Of a stretch of 64,000 nt of DNA, positions 60,870 through 64,000 are shown piece by piece. The notes below the pieces were generated by a model. It was not told the DNA's origin. It saw only the letters and a list, made by a program, of their open reading frames with translations, and ran no database searches. The DNA lies in contig NC_091987.1 in assembly GCF_044704955.1 (NCBI RefSeq), positions 97,588,001-97,652,000 on the forward strand, written 5' to 3'. A program made the position numbers and the translations under genes. Each line of letters begins with the position of its first letter. Position 1 is the first letter of the stretch. The stretch comes from Pristiophorus japonicus (Eukaryota).

Positions 60870-61625
60870 TGGGCTCAAATGGCCAGTTTCTGTGCTGTAA
60901 CATCTTGGAATTCCACGGCACAACACCAACATGCAACGCCAATGCTTGAAGTGTACCTAGTCTTGAAAGCTGGCACCCAAATATTTTAATGATTTAATTG
61001 GAAACTATACAATCAAAAAGGATCAATTTCTGTGAAGCATTCAGTGAAATAATAATCCTCCATTTAACTGTTCAGTTATACCTTTAATTTAAAATGATCT
61101 TTTGTGATTTGGATTCAGGAACTTTAATGCAAAGTAGTCAAATCTGCCGATGGTACTAAACTAAGAGGGATAGTGGAATGAGCTGTGCCTTGAATACAGT
61201 GTCCAGTTCTGGTTGGCATGAAACAATCGATATTGAAGCACTGTAGGGAGTACAGTTTGAGCCACGAGACTGATCCCTAGTGTAAGGGTCTGAGTTATGA
61301 AGAAAGTCTGGGGAGAAAATTAGGCTTTTCAATCTGGAGAGGGGAAAATTGAGAGGTGATCTTGTCTAGTTATATAATGGTATTTATAAAGGTAAATCCA
61401 GAATATTACTTCACATTAAATTCTGAGAGTCAGACAAGGTTAAAACTAGTAAAAGATACATTTAAGATTGATATTGGGAACTTCTTCATCCAGAGTGACC
61501 AATGCATGGAATAGATTCCTAGACTCGGGGGTGGAGTGAAAACCCTGGAAAACTTGAAACAATTAGATGTGTAGGCTATTTCTGGTTGAATTAATTATGA
61601 TGGGCTGAGTGGCCTTCCTCATCCA
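60870..61625 (+). mobile_element. Old, heavily decayed CR1 fragments
   Basis: Remnants such as CTTGAATACAGTGTCCAGTTCTGG, GAGAGGTGATCTT and GATGGGCTGAGTGGCCTTCCTC. Confidence 0.6.
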
Positions 61626-62505
61626 TATTTATATTGTGATTATATATTTGTAAGTTTCTTTTTACTTGTGCCATATATAGAATGTTAGGCTGAGCTAATT
61701 CTGTTAATTAATCCATAAGTCATGAGTCGATCATGAGGTCTGTCTGCCTGCCTGCTTCACTTCTGGAATGAACTAGATGTCTGATTCCATCTGTCTTCAT
61801 CCTTGTTTTTTTTTAAGTCTTCATCCTTGTTTTTTTTTAAGTCTTCACAACTGTATTCCATGTTTTGGGTTATTTTTCCAATCTATATCTAAATTTGTAG
61901 TATCTTTTTGTTGAGGTTTGTTTGATAAAAATTGCTTACTTTGAAAGTTGCATAAAATCGTTAGTGCATCATTCCATTTTGTTTATTTGGCATTGACAGT
62001 ACCTTGCTTTATCTCGGGGGCTGCTTTAAAAGGTCAGATTTGAGATCTAACGTTATTGAAGTCTGTTTTTAATTAACTTGTCTGAAGGTTCTTTCTTTGC
62101 TGTTTACATTGAGACCGAATGTCTCTTTTGACTTTTATGGACTGTCGTGTTGAATCCTGACCATATTTTATCAAGTTTATGTTTTTTAAAAAAAAATGTG
62201 TGATAGGACTAAAGTTATCCAATCAGGTGTGACCTGGATGATGGTGCTATTGGTTAATGACATTGTTTACAGTTAAATTAAAAGGGCCAAGTTACACGAA
62301 GACTGTAATATTTATCTTGGAACTCTGCTGTTGTGTATGGTACTGATAATTGATGTGCCCTTTTCAATGAGCAAACTTCTTGGGTGCACTTTAAGTAAGA
62401 GTAACTGAGGAAGCTGCCCTTTTATAAGCTGTGCAGAGGATCGGTGCAGCAGGCGGCTGGGATTGTTGCAAGCTATTTCTTGTGAACTCGAGAGGTGTTA
62501 GTTAA

Positions 62506-62781
<276 letters not shown>

Positions 62782-63211
62782 TAAGGAGGTTATTTTGGTA
62801 TTCTGTTGTCCTGTGCTGCGTGTGTGTTTAATAATTCCTGCTAGCAGTGTTCCCCCTAAATTTTTGGGGATGGTGTGCTGCTCCTTTAAGGGACTGTGTG
62901 ACCCATTCATAACATTTAACATTGAAAAAGCTGGTCCTGGACGAGTCTGTATTATAACCAAGAGACCAAAGATGGATAATGCACAATTATTTCATCATAG
63001 CACTGCTTGTGGTCAGTTATCAGCAAAGGGAACAATTCTAAGGAACACAGCTCAACAATGATTTTATTCTTTAGTATTTTATGTAATAATGGCATTACAT
63101 GTATTGGCCCGGAATTTGTGGTTGTAATGACATTGAAACTATCAGTGCTTGGCGTCATTACTGTGTAAAACTGACAGCAATTTCTGGTGTCCGCACATAC
63201 GTACAACGTGT

Positions 63212-63471
63212 ACGATGTAGTGTATATATAGACTTTAGCAAGGCTTTTGATAAAGTCCCGCATGGTAGACTGGTCATGAAGGTTAAAGCTCATGGGATCC
63301 AGGGCAAAGTGACAAGTTGGATCCAAAATTGGCTTGGAGGTAGGAAGCAAAGGGTAATGATGGATGTTTTTGTGACTGGAAGGATGTTTCTAGTGGGGTT
63401 CCGCAGGGCTCAGTACTGGGTCACTTGCTTTTTGTGGTATATATCAACGATTTAGATTTGAATATAGGAAG
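63212..63471 (+). mobile_element. CR1 RT fragment in a GART intron
   Basis: VYIDFSKAFDKVPHGRL...WLGGRKQRV. Confidence 0.88.
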
Positions 63472-64000
63472 TGTCATGTTTGTAACTACAATGTAATACC
63501 ACTGTATTACTGTATACACTCAACTTAGATGCACACCTTGACCACAGGGGGTGAACTTGTGGGAGACACTCCTTATCTGACCATACAGGTATACAAAGGG
63601 AGGTCCCACGCAGGGTCATCACTTCTGGAGTCCTGTAATAAAGAGTTAACGTCACAGAGTGGCCTTGTCCTTGGAATGTGCCACGTGTGGTTTCATGCTG
63701 TAGAGTAAGGATTTTACATTGGCAACGAGAAACGGGAATTCACGACCCACGAGAATGGCCACCGGTAGCACAGAGGAACGGTACTGTGTTGGGGAAGACT
63801 AGGACGATTTTGTCGCGAGGCTTCAGCAAAGCTTCATTACGAAAGACTGGCTGGGGGATGCAGCGGCCGACAAGCGACGGGCTCATCTCCTGACCAAAGA
63901 CTTATGGGCTCATGAAGGACTTACTGGTATCCGAAAAGCCATCGGACAAAATCTTTGAAAAGCTTAGCAAATTAATCGGGGAGCACCTCAAACCGGCGAG
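63472..64000 (+). mobile_element. Gypsy element 5' end (LTR 63472-63718, PBS, start of gag) in a GART intron
   Basis: TGTCATG...TTTACA LTR with AATAAA; PBS TGGCAACGAG at 63720; gag ATG at 63755 (MATGSTEERYCVGED*DDFVARLQQSF). Confidence 0.88.

Overview
This is repeat-rich vertebrate genomic DNA; its transposon families (CR1 with an esterase ORF1, Deu-domain tRNA SINEs, RTE, L2, Penelope) suggest a shark or other cartilaginous fish. No prokaryotic system or CRISPR array is present. Three host genes are visible. TMEM50B (- strand) has its first coding exon at 7375-7473 and a probable CpG/CCAAT promoter and non-coding exon 1 near 38.0-38.3 kb. DNAJC28 (- strand) is an intact single-exon CDS at 51601-52692. 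GART (+ strand) has its first coding exon at 62545-62689, so it lies head-to-head with DNAJC28. Most of the rest is layered, often nested transposons, many with readable target-site duplications (TSDs). They include one near-intact and one full-length CR1, RTE LINEs and an RTE-tailed non-autonomous element, L2, a Penelope element, Gypsy elements and solo LTRs, and 3-bp-TSD MITEs. The most interesting signal is that all three CR1 ORF1/ORF2 junctions, from two subfamilies, carry a -1 slippery heptamer (UUUAAAC or GUUAAAC) at the end of ORF1 followed by G-rich sequence, which suggests gag-pol-like frameshift expression. Other notable items are a 77-bp monomer array at the CR1 5' end, four CCAAT boxes at exact 31-bp spacing, CTCF-like cores in several Gypsy LTRs, and a twin-priming-type 5' inversion in an RTE-mobilised element. 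All calls were made by eye, and repeat boundaries without a TSD are approximate.
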